Assembly: GCA_965198115.1 (NCBI GenBank)
Contig: OZ240241.1
Coordinates: 2,336,001 to 2,400,000, forward strand
Reading direction: 5' to 3'
Origin: Candidatus Latescibacterota bacterium
GTDB taxonomy: Bacteria; Latescibacterota; UBA2968
Length of the DNA: 64,000 bases
Shown: piece after piece, positions 22,133 to 31,190 of the stretch
How the letters are laid out: the number at the start of each line of letters is the position of its first letter
Numbering within the stretch: the first letter of the stretch is position 1
Translations under genes and position numbers: made by a program
Notes under the pieces: model-generated
Told to the model about the DNA's origin: nothing
Seen by the model: only the letters and a program-made list of their open reading frames with translations
Database searches by the model: none

Positions 22133-24055
22133 ATGACCAAACGAGCCTTCATCCTCGGCCTCCTCCTCTCGATCGTTGCCGCCATCTGGCCCGCCTGGTC
22201 CGAGTACATCATCCGATCCTCCCGCGCCGACTACGCCCAGCTTTCGGTCGCGATCCTCATCCCTTTCCTCGTCCTGATCGTCGTCAACAGCACCCTCTCC
22301 AGGAAGGGGCGAGGGTTGGCCGCTTCGGAGCTGATCCTGATCGTCTCGATGGGTATGATCGCCGCCCTCGCACAAGGCGAATGGGTCGTGGGTTTTTTCC
22401 TCGGGACCATAACGTCACCCGCCTACTTCGCCACCGCCGAGAACGGCTGGGCCGAGGCCCTGCTCACGACCATTCCCCGGTGGTCGATCATCGCCGATCG
22501 GCACGCAGCGACAGGCTTCTACGAAGGCCTGCCTTTCAGGGCTGCTTTCCCGTGGTCGGACTGGTGGCCCCCGCTCCTGTGGTGGAGTGGGTTCCTCCTG
22601 GCCTTTTTCCTCGCCAACCTGTGTGTCGTCGTCATCTTTCGGCGACAATGGATGGATTACGAACGTCTCCCTTACCCGATCGCCGTCGGCCTCCTGGAAA
22701 TGACCGGCCAGGGAGAAGAACGTGGCACCCTCACCCTCCTCTTTCGAAGCCGCCTGTTCTGGATCGGCTATGGCATTACTGCATTCTTCTTCATCTGGGA
22801 CCAGGTGGCCTGGTTCAGTGAACTCCTGCCCGAGATCGACCCCCAGCGCGACCGCATCATCACCCTCGCCAAGGGGTTTCCCGACCTACGATTCAGCCCG
22901 AACCCGATGGCGATGGCCTTTTCGTGGTTCGTTAGGTCGGAAGTGCTCTTCAGCATCTGGGCATTCCACCTTCTGATGGTGTTGCAGGTGGGCATCATGA
23001 CCCGATTCGGTCTGGAGATGGGTGCGTTTGACCCGTGGGACTCTTTCCACGTCGGAGTAGGATGGCAGAGCTTCGGAGGTCTCATCGTGTTCGTGGCGTG
23101 GGGACTGTGGATCGCGCGTGATCATCTTGCCGCCGTCATTCGCCAGGCCTTCTGGAGGACGAACGAAATCGACGATACCGAAGAACTGATGTCTTATCGA
23201 ACCGCCGTCTTCCTGTTCATCGCCAGCGCTCTCTTCAGTGGCACCTTTCTCTGGCAGTGTGGCCTCTCTCTAGGCCCTCTCCTGACCTTCTGGGGTGCAA
23301 CGGTCGTCTTCTACCTCGGCTTCGCGCGTATCATCGTTGAAACGGGGCTCGTCTTCCTGCGTACCCCGATCACCAGCCAAGCTTTTACGTGGCGTCTCTT
23401 CGGAATCCCTGGCATCGACCCCGCCAGTGCCACGGCGCTGGGTTTGACTTTCACGTTCTTTGCTGACGGCAAGACTCTATTCATCACCACCCTCGCCCAC
23501 ATTCCGCGTCTTGGTCTCGCCGTGGACCGCGAGGAACGCCGGCGTCTTCCGGCAGCGGTTACGACCGCACTCATCGCTGGGTTGGTTGCCGTGGGCACTT
23601 ACACCATCTACCACGGCTATTATGGGGTGGGCACGCTCAACTTCGCGAGTCCAAGCTATAACGGCGGCAATGCGGACGGCGCGTGGGGTATCACCGCCGC
23701 GCGCATCCGGAGCAGCGGCATGAAGACTGACTGGAGACGCATCATTTTTTTGATCGCTGGAGCAGTCTTCACCGCCTGTCTATACGGTATTCGATATCGA
23801 TTCCCTCGCTTCAGCCTGAACCCCATCGGGTTCGCAATCTCCGGCTCGAACATTCTACGAAGCGGGATCACCTCGGTCTTCCTCATCTGGTTGGCCAAGA
23901 ACCTCATCATTGGCCTCGGCGGTCCGGAGCGTTACAGACGCGCGACCCCCTTCATTATGGGAATGCTCCTGGGCTACCTCACCGCGATCACTACCGGCAT
24001 CGTCGTGGACGCCATCTGGTTTCCAGGCAAAGGCCACCAGCTCCACGGCTGGTAG
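22133..24055 (+). CDS. 640-aa polytopic membrane protein, paralog 2
   Basis: ATG chosen by alignment (MTKRAF); 1923 nt, colinear with paralog 1. Confidence 0.85.
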   Translation: MTKRAFILGLLLSIVAAIWPAWSEYIIRSSRADYAQLSVAILIPFLVLIVVNSTLSRKGRGLAASELILIVSMGMIAALAQGEWVVGFFLGTITSPAYFATAENGWAEALLTTIPRWSIIADRHAATGFYEGLPFRAAFPWSDWWPPLLWWSGFLLAFFLANLCVVVIFRRQWMDYERLPYPIAVGLLEMTGQGEERGTLTLLFRSRLFWIGYGITAFFFIWDQVAWFSELLPEIDPQRDRIITLAKGFPDLRFSPNPMAMAFSWFVRSEVLFSIWAFHLLMVLQVGIMTRFGLEMGAFDPWDSFHVGVGWQSFGGLIVFVAWGLWIARDHLAAVIRQAFWRTNEIDDTEELMSYRTAVFLFIASALFSGTFLWQCGLSLGPLLTFWGATVVFYLGFARIIVETGLVFLRTPITSQAFTWRLFGIPGIDPASATALGLTFTFFADGKTLFITTLAHIPRLGLAVDREERRRLPAAVTTALIAGLVAVGTYTIYHGYYGVGTLNFASPSYNGGNADGAWGITAARIRSSGMKTDWRRIIFLIAGAVFTACLYGIRYRFPRFSLNPIGFAISGSNILRSGITSVFLIWLAKNLIIGLGGPERYRRATPFIMGMLLGYLTAITTGIVVDAIWFPGKGHQLHGW

Positions 24056-24304
24056 ATCTTCGACGCAGAATACCAACAGGAGCTAATGACAACCGAGGTC
24101 GATGACAATAAGACACCTTCAGAAGCGGCTGTTCGAAGTCGGAGACTTCTCCCACAGAACCCAAAAGGGCGAAGCCCGTCTATCCCGTCCACTGTCTACC
24201 GTCCACCGTCCACTTATTGCAGCCGGGAGGCTACTCCTACCCAATCGAAGGTGCGAAGGCCGCATTTCTGCCGACCGCCCACCGCCCTCCGCCGACAGCT
24301 TTTT

Positions 24305-24344
24305 CTCCCCTGCTCCCGGGCTCCCCTGCTCCCCTGCTCCCCTG
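24305..24344. repeat. CTCCCCTG octamer tandem repeat; G-quadruplex-type motif on the minus strand
   Basis: Five C3-C4 tracts at 8-nt spacing, ending just before the ATG at 24352. Confidence 0.75.
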
Positions 24345-24351
24345 CAGTTCT

Positions 24352-26274
24352 ATGACTAAACGCGCCTTCCTCCTCGGCCTCTTTCTCTCCATCCTTGCCG
24401 CCGTCTGGCCTGCCTGGTCGGAGTACATTCTACGTTCCTCCCGAGCCGACTACGGCCACCTCTCGGCTGCGATCCTGATTCCTTTCCTCGCCCTTCTCGC
24501 GATTAACAGCCGATTTGCGAAGGTTGGCCGCGGTCTGAATGCACCGGAGCTGATTCTCATCGTTTCGATGGGGATGATCGCCTCGCTCGCCCAGGGCGAA
24601 TGGATCGCCGGATACTGGCTCGGCACGATCGCGGCCCCAGCCTACTTCGCCACGGTCGAGAACGGATGGATGGAGGCCCTGCTCCCGACTGTCCCGAGGT
24701 GGTCGGTCATCGCCGATCGACAGGTAGCAGCGGGATTCTACGAGGGGTTGCCCTTCGGCGCGGAATTCCCGTGGGCAGCGTGGTGGCCGCCGTTACTGTG
24801 GTGGACCGGCTTCTTCGTCGCCTTCTCCATCGCCAACCTTTGCGTCGTCATCATCTTCAGAAAACAGTGGATGGACCACGAGCGCCTGCCCTACCCCATC
24901 GCCGTCGCCTTGCTTGAGATGACCGGCCAGAACAGCGACCGCGGCTCGCTCACATCCCTCTTCCGTAACCGTCTTTACTGGATCGGTTTCGGCATCACTT
25001 TCTTCCTCTATGGGTGGGATCAGCTGGCCTGGTTTAGCGAACTGCTACCCAGGATCAATCCTCAAAGCGATAGAGTCATCTATCTGATGAAGGATTACCC
25101 CTACCTGCGTTTCAGTCCGAACCCGATGGCAATGGCGTTTTCCTGGTTCGTCAAATCGGACGTCCTCTTCAGCATCTGGGCCTTCCATCTCTTGATGGTC
25201 CTGCAGGTGGGAATTATGAACCGGTTCGGCTATGAAATGGGCTCACACGATATGCTAGCTTCGTTCCACCCCGCGATCGGATGGGAGAGCTTCGGCGGCC
25301 TCACGGTATTCGTTGGGTGGGGCGTCTGGATCGCCCGTCACCATCTGAGGGCTGTGATCCGACAAGCGGTTCGAAACACGAACGAGTTGGACGATTCCGA
25401 GGAGTTGATGTCCTACCGAGCAGCATTCTGGCTGTTCATCGTCTGTGGGCTCTTCAGTTTCGCATTTTTTCTGCACTGCGGTCTTTCATTCGGTCCCTCA
25501 GTTGCGTTCTGGCTCGCCACGGTCGTGCTCTACCTCGGCTTTGCGCGTATGATCGTGGAGACGGGTCTTGTCTACCTCCGAACGCCCATCACCGGCCAGG
25601 CCTTTGCCTGGCATATTCTCGGAAGCACAGGGATCAGCAACGCCAGCGCCACGGCGTTGTCATTGACCTACACGTTCATAGCCGACGCAAAGGTCCTCTT
25701 CATCACGACCCTTGCGCACATCCCCCGGCTTGGCCTCGCCGTCAGTATCAAGGATCGTCGTCGCCTGCCGGCGGCGGTCACGAGTGCCCTCGTCGCAGGA
25801 CTGGTCGCCGTCACTGCCTTCACCCTCTACCACGGCTATTACGTAATGGGGACGATCAACTTCAACAGTCCCAGTTACAGCGGCAGCAACGCCAGCGGTG
25901 TGTGGGGCATCACCGCGTCCCGTATCCGGGCGGCAAACGTGGCGACCGACTGGAAGCGAATCACCTGGTTCCTCGTCGGCGCAGCCTTCACGGCCGGTCT
26001 GTATGCGATCCGCTATCGTTACCCGCGTCTGGCTCTCCATCCGATCGGCTTCACAATCACTGGATCCAACGTCCTGCGAACAGTCGTCTCCTCTGTCTTC
26101 ATCGTCTGGCTCGCCAAGGTCCTGGTCATCGGACTGGGCGGTCCCGAGCGATACCGACGAGCCACGCCCTTCATCATGGGCAGCCTGATCGGCTACCTCG
26201 CCGCCATCGCCACCGGCATCGTTGTCGACGCCATCTGGTTTCCCGGCAAGGGTCACCTGCTCCACGGATTCTAG
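24352..26274 (+). CDS. 640-aa polytopic membrane protein, paralog 3
   Basis: MTKRAF start; 1923 nt, colinear with paralogs 1 and 2. Confidence 0.85.
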   Translation: MTKRAFLLGLFLSILAAVWPAWSEYILRSSRADYGHLSAAILIPFLALLAINSRFAKVGRGLNAPELILIVSMGMIASLAQGEWIAGYWLGTIAAPAYFATVENGWMEALLPTVPRWSVIADRQVAAGFYEGLPFGAEFPWAAWWPPLLWWTGFFVAFSIANLCVVIIFRKQWMDHERLPYPIAVALLEMTGQNSDRGSLTSLFRNRLYWIGFGITFFLYGWDQLAWFSELLPRINPQSDRVIYLMKDYPYLRFSPNPMAMAFSWFVKSDVLFSIWAFHLLMVLQVGIMNRFGYEMGSHDMLASFHPAIGWESFGGLTVFVGWGVWIARHHLRAVIRQAVRNTNELDDSEELMSYRAAFWLFIVCGLFSFAFFLHCGLSFGPSVAFWLATVVLYLGFARMIVETGLVYLRTPITGQAFAWHILGSTGISNASATALSLTYTFIADAKVLFITTLAHIPRLGLAVSIKDRRRLPAAVTSALVAGLVAVTAFTLYHGYYVMGTINFNSPSYSGSNASGVWGITASRIRAANVATDWKRITWFLVGAAFTAGLYAIRYRYPRLALHPIGFTITGSNVLRTVVSSVFIVWLAKVLVIGLGGPERYRRATPFIMGSLIGYLAAIATGIVVDAIWFPGKGHLLHGF

Positions 26275-26345
26275 GGCCACCCTCTCTGGACATTCGACAT
26301 TGGGCGTTCGACATTGGACATTCGTGGCGTCCACACCTTCCTTTC

Positions 26346-26385
26346 AACAACGAAATTTCATTGTTACAACCGATAATTCGTTGTA
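26346..26385. promoter_or_regulatory. Putative operator: adjacent inverted repeats in AT-rich intergenic DNA
   Basis: AACAA-N10-TTGTT and TACAAC-N9-GTTGTA upstream of the 26488-28142 genes. Confidence 0.35.
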
Positions 26386-26487
26386 TGGAACCTTCCAAGT
26401 CGCACGCCATCACCGACAGAATAGATCATTAACTGTCTGTTTTTAACTAAAAAATATCCTGACCAGCTCGATGGGCACGAAATTTGA

Positions 26488-27153
26488 TTGTTGTTCGGTC
26501 AACGCGAACGAATCCGACGGAAACCAAGGAGAAGGAAAAGCGCATTCACACCAGCCGTCAAGGCCATCCAGACTCAAAAGGGATCGAGATCCTCTTACGC
26601 GAAAGTCGAAGAAAGTGGGGGTTGGAATGACGAAATCACGTCCGGCCTCGAGACCTTCCTGACCGACCTGGACATGTTCTACTTCGGCACGGCGAACCCA
26701 GAGGGACAACCCTACATCCAGTATCGCGGGGGCAAGCCGGGATTTCTGAAGGTCGTCGGCCGCCGGGCCCTGGCCTTCGCCGATTTCCGCGGCAACCGCC
26801 AGTACATCTCCGTCGGCAACCTCAGCGAAAACCCGAAGGCTTTCATTTTCCTGATCGATTACGCCCACAGCCGTCGCATCAAAATCTGGGGCACCGCAAG
26901 AGTCGTCGAAGACGATCCCGAGCTCCTCGAGCGCCTCACCGACGACGACTATCCTGGGAAGGTCGAGCGCGCCATCGTCTTCACGATCGAAGCCTGGGAC
27001 ATCAATTGTCCCCAACACATTCACAAACGCGTACTCGAATCGGACGTCGCACCCATCATTGAAGACCTACAGGCTCAGATTCAGGTGCTTCAACGAAAGC
27101 TGGAGAAATACAAACTGACAGAGGAAATGGAGAGCGTCGCGGCGATGGCGTGA
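26488..27153 (+). CDS. Pyridoxamine 5'-phosphate oxidase-related FMN-binding protein (start uncertain)
   Basis: AFTPAVKAIQ, PYIQYRGGKPGFL, FADFRGNRQYISVGNL, WDINCPQHI. Confidence 0.85.
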   Translation: MLFGQRERIRRKPRRRKSAFTPAVKAIQTQKGSRSSYAKVEESGGWNDEITSGLETFLTDLDMFYFGTANPEGQPYIQYRGGKPGFLKVVGRRALAFADFRGNRQYISVGNLSENPKAFIFLIDYAHSRRIKIWGTARVVEDDPELLERLTDDDYPGKVERAIVFTIEAWDINCPQHIHKRVLESDVAPIIEDLQAQIQVLQRKLEKYKLTEEMESVAAMA

Positions 27154-27189
27154 GGATCACGAACATCGTTCAATCGATCGGAGCACACG

Positions 27190-27660
27190 ATGAATCTCAT
27201 ACAACTGCAATTCACGACGAACAACCGGCTGGTCGGAAGTGTTCGTTTAATGCTCGCTCTCATCTTCCTGATGACAGGCCCCATGAAGCTCCTCGTCCCA
27301 AGTCTGGCCGAGGCCTGGACAGGCCAACTGTTGGCGGCTCAACTTCCGTTTTATGAATTGGCACGGTGGACGGTACCCTTCCTTGAGCTTGTCCTCGGCG
27401 TGTTTCTGGCAATCGGTCTGTTCGTGCGACCTGCAGTATTCGTGGTGACAGGCATCATGATCGTAGCCACCTATGTGCACGTGATCGTCGACGACCCGTC
27501 TCTTTTCCCACTTCAGCCCAGCGAGCCCATTGTCCCCATCCTGGTCATCCTGGGCAGCGTCTACCTCCTGTGGCGGGGCGCTGGTGCCTGGAGCAAAGAC
27601 CTGAAATCAACGCATATCAATCGTCCGTTTACACACCCGGTTCGTAAGGAGGTAACGTGA
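27190..27660 (+). CDS. DoxX family membrane protein
   Basis: RLMLALIF...K, ELVLGVFLAIG, GAGAWSKD. Confidence 0.8.
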   Translation: MNLIQLQFTTNNRLVGSVRLMLALIFLMTGPMKLLVPSLAEAWTGQLLAAQLPFYELARWTVPFLELVLGVFLAIGLFVRPAVFVVTGIMIVATYVHVIVDDPSLFPLQPSEPIVPILVILGSVYLLWRGAGAWSKDLKSTHINRPFTHPVRKEVT

Positions 27661-28142
27661 TGGATGCTCAAGCGATCTTTGGTCTTCAGTTCATCCTCAG
27701 TCTGATCGTGATCGGTTTGCTCACAAAGTGGATGTGGATCCCGAAACTCAACCAGCAGGACCACAATACGACGCTCTTCTCACTCACCATCCCCCACGCA
27801 TTTCGCCACATCGGGTTGGTGTTCCTCGTCCCAGGTGTCGTGGACCAACCGCTTCCCGAAGATTTCTCGATTCCGGCCGCGTATGGCGATCTGGCTGCTG
27901 GAATCCTCGCATTGCTGGCGCTCATCGCGTTACGAGGGAACTGGTCGGTCGCGATCGCGGCAGTCTGGTTGTTCAACGTGGTCGGCACTGTCGATCTACT
28001 CAACGCCCTGCGCCACCTCGATGTCGGCCCACTCTTCGGCTCGACTTGGTACATCCCGACGATGCTCGTCCCGTTGCTCCTGATCACCCATTTTCTGATT
28101 TTCGCCCGGCTGCTCAAACCGCAAGCATCCCCCACCAGCTGA
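27657..28142 (+). CDS. Conserved-looking hypothetical membrane protein
   Basis: HAFRHIGLVFL, AYGDL, FNVVGTVDLL; overlaps upstream stop; AAGGAGG RBS. Confidence 0.75.
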   Translation: MMDAQAIFGLQFILSLIVIGLLTKWMWIPKLNQQDHNTTLFSLTIPHAFRHIGLVFLVPGVVDQPLPEDFSIPAAYGDLAAGILALLALIALRGNWSVAIAAVWLFNVVGTVDLLNALRHLDVGPLFGSTWYIPTMLVPLLLITHFLIFARLLKPQASPTS

Positions 28143-28267
28143 GGGAAACATCCCAATACTCGATATCGATTTTCGATTTTCGATACCCAACCCACTTGAC
28201 CCTTACAGGTTCAGGCAGCATCCTACCCCGCCGTCTTGTGCCTTTTTGTCTTCGTGTTAGGGTTTGC

Positions 28268-29389
28268 ATGATCATCGATAGCCACGCTTACTGCTTCCAA
28301 CCCGGCGACTCCCTCGCCGGTCATCCGACGGTCGAGGAACACCTCGCCTGGGCTCAGACCGCGCAGACGCGCCATCACCAGCCCGCCTTCCGCATACGCG
28401 ACCGTGCCCCTGGCTCCTCGGAAGTCCTCGGACCCGAGACACCGATGGACTGGTCCGGCCTGCCCGACGTCAACTTTCGCATCGATCGCGAGAAGGGTCG
28501 TGTCGTCTGGACGGTCGATGGCGAGGACTACACGAAGCACTTCTATCCCCCCAACCTCCGAAATCTCGAGTTCACACCGCATAGTCTCATCTCGGAAATG
28601 GACTACGCGCGTGTCGACTACGCCTTCATCCATACCAACCCGATGCTCGGTCGCGATGCTGCCTTCCTAGCCGAATGCATCAGGCTCTATCCCGACCGCC
28701 TGGGTTCGATGGCGCCGGTCGACGAGTGGAGAATCCTATCCGACACCGACGCGGTTATCGCCGAAATGCAGACCGCAATACGCACACACAGCCTCCACGC
28801 CCTCAAGTTCAACACCCGGGGCGCGTTTCACGCGAACACGATGCCCTGGGACGACGGCCCTTACCGACCTTTCTGGGAGGCTTTCGTCGAGCTGGGTGTG
28901 CCCGTCTTCTTCACGCTCGGCTGCGGTCCGAACACACCCGCCGGTGCGTCAACAGGGCCTCAGTTTACCCAGGGCTACATCGATGAGCAGCGCATCCTCA
29001 TCGACTGGATGAACCGCTATCCCGACACGATCTGCAGCATCACCCACGGCTTCCCCTGGCGCGTCTTCGTCGAAGGCGACAGCATCACGTTGCCCGACAA
29101 CGTCTGGATCCCCTTTGAGAATTCGAAACTCAGTCTCGAGGTCTGCTTCCCCGTCCGCATCGGCGACCTGTTCGAGTTCCCCTATCACGAAGTCCATCCA
29201 ACACTCGAAGCAATGGTCCGCCACATCGGCTCCGATCGCCTCCTGTGGGGCACCGATATGCCCTTCCAGAACCGCTTCTGCACGTATCGCCAGTCCCGTC
29301 AATGGATCGAGAAATACTGCGCCTTCCTGACCGACGAAGACCGCGCGAACATCATGGGCAACACCTGCGCCCGAATCCTGGGGTTATAG
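28268..29389 (+). CDS. Amidohydrolase_2 family protein
   Basis: MIIDSHAY start, THG, DRLLWGTDMP, IMGNTCARI. Confidence 0.85.
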   Translation: MIIDSHAYCFQPGDSLAGHPTVEEHLAWAQTAQTRHHQPAFRIRDRAPGSSEVLGPETPMDWSGLPDVNFRIDREKGRVVWTVDGEDYTKHFYPPNLRNLEFTPHSLISEMDYARVDYAFIHTNPMLGRDAAFLAECIRLYPDRLGSMAPVDEWRILSDTDAVIAEMQTAIRTHSLHALKFNTRGAFHANTMPWDDGPYRPFWEAFVELGVPVFFTLGCGPNTPAGASTGPQFTQGYIDEQRILIDWMNRYPDTICSITHGFPWRVFVEGDSITLPDNVWIPFENSKLSLEVCFPVRIGDLFEFPYHEVHPTLEAMVRHIGSDRLLWGTDMPFQNRFCTYRQSRQWIEKYCAFLTDEDRANIMGNTCARILGL

Positions 29390-29435
29390 TTGGAAACCGT
29401 TGCGCGCAACCAACGTCACCCCGGTGTGCTTCTTT

Positions 29436-29602
29436 GGAGCCTGTCCCGAGCGCAGTCGAGGGAGGGCCCATTTTCTGCACGCGATCACAATCTCCATTGT
29501 GTGCAAAGTGGATCCCGGCCTAAAGCTTGCCGGGATGACAATGCCTGCTTGGCTTTGGTCACGGATCACTTGCCTGCCCACCGTAGCCTTAGCGAAGGTG
29601 GG
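29436..29602. repeat. Cluster of three different palindromic intergenic elements
   Basis: GCCTGTCCCGAGCGCAGTCGAGGG; GGATCCCGGCCTAAAGCTTGCCGGGATGAC; CCCACCGTAGCCTTAGCGAAGGTGGG (related copy at 50242-50274). Confidence 0.6.
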
Positions 29603-29624
29603 TCAATGATCACGGGTCATTGAA

Positions 29625-30590
29625 ATGGCTTCTCTATCTATCGCCGTAATCGGCGCCGGCAACATCGCCCAGCAGCACCTCCCTGTCCTTCGTGCGCTCC
29701 CGGAGTGCGACCTCGTCTCTCTCGTCGACACCAACGCCGACACCCTCGCAGAATCAGCCGATCGCTTCGACGTCCCAAACCGCTGCACGTCGGTCGACGA
29801 TCTACTCGACCAGAACCGTCCCGACGCCGTCTTCGTCCTCGTCAGCGTCCTGCACGTGGCCGATGTCGTCACCCGCTTCCTGACCGAGAGAATTCCCACG
29901 TTTACCGAAAAGCCCCCGGGTCTCTACACGCGTCAAACCCGCGCTCTTGCCAAACTGGCTCAGGAAAGGGGCACACCGGCGATGGTCGGCGTCAACCGCC
30001 GCTTCTACAGCACCCTCACCGAGGGCCGTCATAAGCTTCTCGACGAAGGGCCCGTGCGAAGCGTCACCGTCGACGCTCACGAGGACATCGATCGACTACG
30101 CACGGGAACCAAGTTTCCGCCCGAAGTCATCGCCCGATGGAGCGCCGCCAACGGAATCCACGCGCTCGACTTGCTCCGTTACTTCGGTGGAGATGTGGCG
30201 AAAGTCGAATCCGTTCAACAAATCGTGGAAGGCCCGATGCCGGACGGGGTGACTGCCACGCTCGAATTCGAAAACGGCGCACACGGCCGCGCGTCAATGG
30301 ACTGGTTCGCGCCCGGCGATCATCGCTTCGAAGTGCGTACCACAGCTGCTACACTCACATCCAATCGTGGTTACAGCACCGTCCTCCTCCGTCGTCGCGC
30401 CAAGGATCCGGAAGAGATTGCACTCAGCGACATCGACCGACAATTCAAAGCCGGCTTCTATCGTCAGGACCAGACCTTCCTGCGATCGGTTATCGACGGC
30501 GTACCCTTTCCCGATCCCGCTTGCACACTCGATGACGCAGTCAAAACGATGGAAATGATCGACGCCATTTGTGGTCACACAGAGGCTTGA
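29625..30590 (+). CDS. Gfo/Idh/MocA oxidoreductase
   Basis: IGAGNIA, EKP, GVNRRF, GIHALD. Confidence 0.9.
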   Translation: MASLSIAVIGAGNIAQQHLPVLRALPECDLVSLVDTNADTLAESADRFDVPNRCTSVDDLLDQNRPDAVFVLVSVLHVADVVTRFLTERIPTFTEKPPGLYTRQTRALAKLAQERGTPAMVGVNRRFYSTLTEGRHKLLDEGPVRSVTVDAHEDIDRLRTGTKFPPEVIARWSAANGIHALDLLRYFGGDVAKVESVQQIVEGPMPDGVTATLEFENGAHGRASMDWFAPGDHRFEVRTTAATLTSNRGYSTVLLRRRAKDPEEIALSDIDRQFKAGFYRQDQTFLRSVIDGVPFPDPACTLDDAVKTMEMIDAICGHTEA

Positions 30591-30663
30591 TAATGGCCCG
30601 CCTTCTTTGGTCAGGTGTCACTGGTCATCGGTCACTGCGCCCTCAGTACATCTAAGTTTTATT

Positions 30664-30699
30664 TAACAAAAGAGGCGCCCCCTCCATCCTGGGCGCCTC
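30664..30699 (-). terminator. Intrinsic terminator for the minus-strand sigma4-like gene
   Basis: 9-bp stem GAGGCGCCC/GGGCGCCTC followed by TTTTGTT on the minus strand. Confidence 0.65.
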
Positions 30700-30723
30700 G
30701 ACCTTCTCGAACGTTCGGCCCTA

Positions 30724-31120
30724 CTACGGCGGCCATTGAATGTCTCTCGCCGCACACACCTTTCTTAGCTTCTTCAGCGCCCCACCGACCGCTTTCCCAT
30801 CTCTTTGCTTTCCGTAGAGGTGCTCGCTCACGACCTACTGCGAATCTGCAATTGTTCTCCAATCTGGCGCTGGTTCATCTCGGCGAAGTAGTAGAGCTCG
30901 ACGACTTCTCGCTGCCGATCGGTCAACACCTCTGTAATCACCGCTTCGAGTTCTCGTCGCATCGCACGTGCGTGCTCGTGGCGCGCGTGACGGTCGTCGA
31001 GATCCTCATCCGACTCGTAAAACGGGTGATCCTGGGTCGTGAATCTCCGCCACCCCGCATCGCTCAGGGTAACCTCCCAGAAATCCGGAACTTGGATGTA
31101 CGTGTGTCCGTATCGTCGCG
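30724..31120 (-). pseudogene. Small sigma-70 region-4-type HTH protein (frameshift + nonsense); absent from ORF track
   Basis: Manual translation: DFWEV...EVLTDRQREVVELYYFAEMNQRQIGEQLQI, shift, SQ*VVSEHLYGKQRDGKAVGGALKKLRK. Confidence 0.75.
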
Positions 31121-31190
31121 GATCTCGACGGTCTCCTCGATCTCCGGCAAGCCGGCCAACACAAAGAGCGGAAAACTTGGGACGCTGCGC

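Noticed and set aside
20026-26274. Diversity-generating retroelement or assembly triplication
   Set aside because: No reverse transcriptase or adenine-specific TR/VR pair; the copies differ throughout, including synonymous sites
22049-28267. Long N-terminal extensions of track ORFs 22049, 24217 and 27728
   Set aside because: They run through low-complexity intergenic repeats or another gene; alignment-supported starts are 22133, 24352 and 28268
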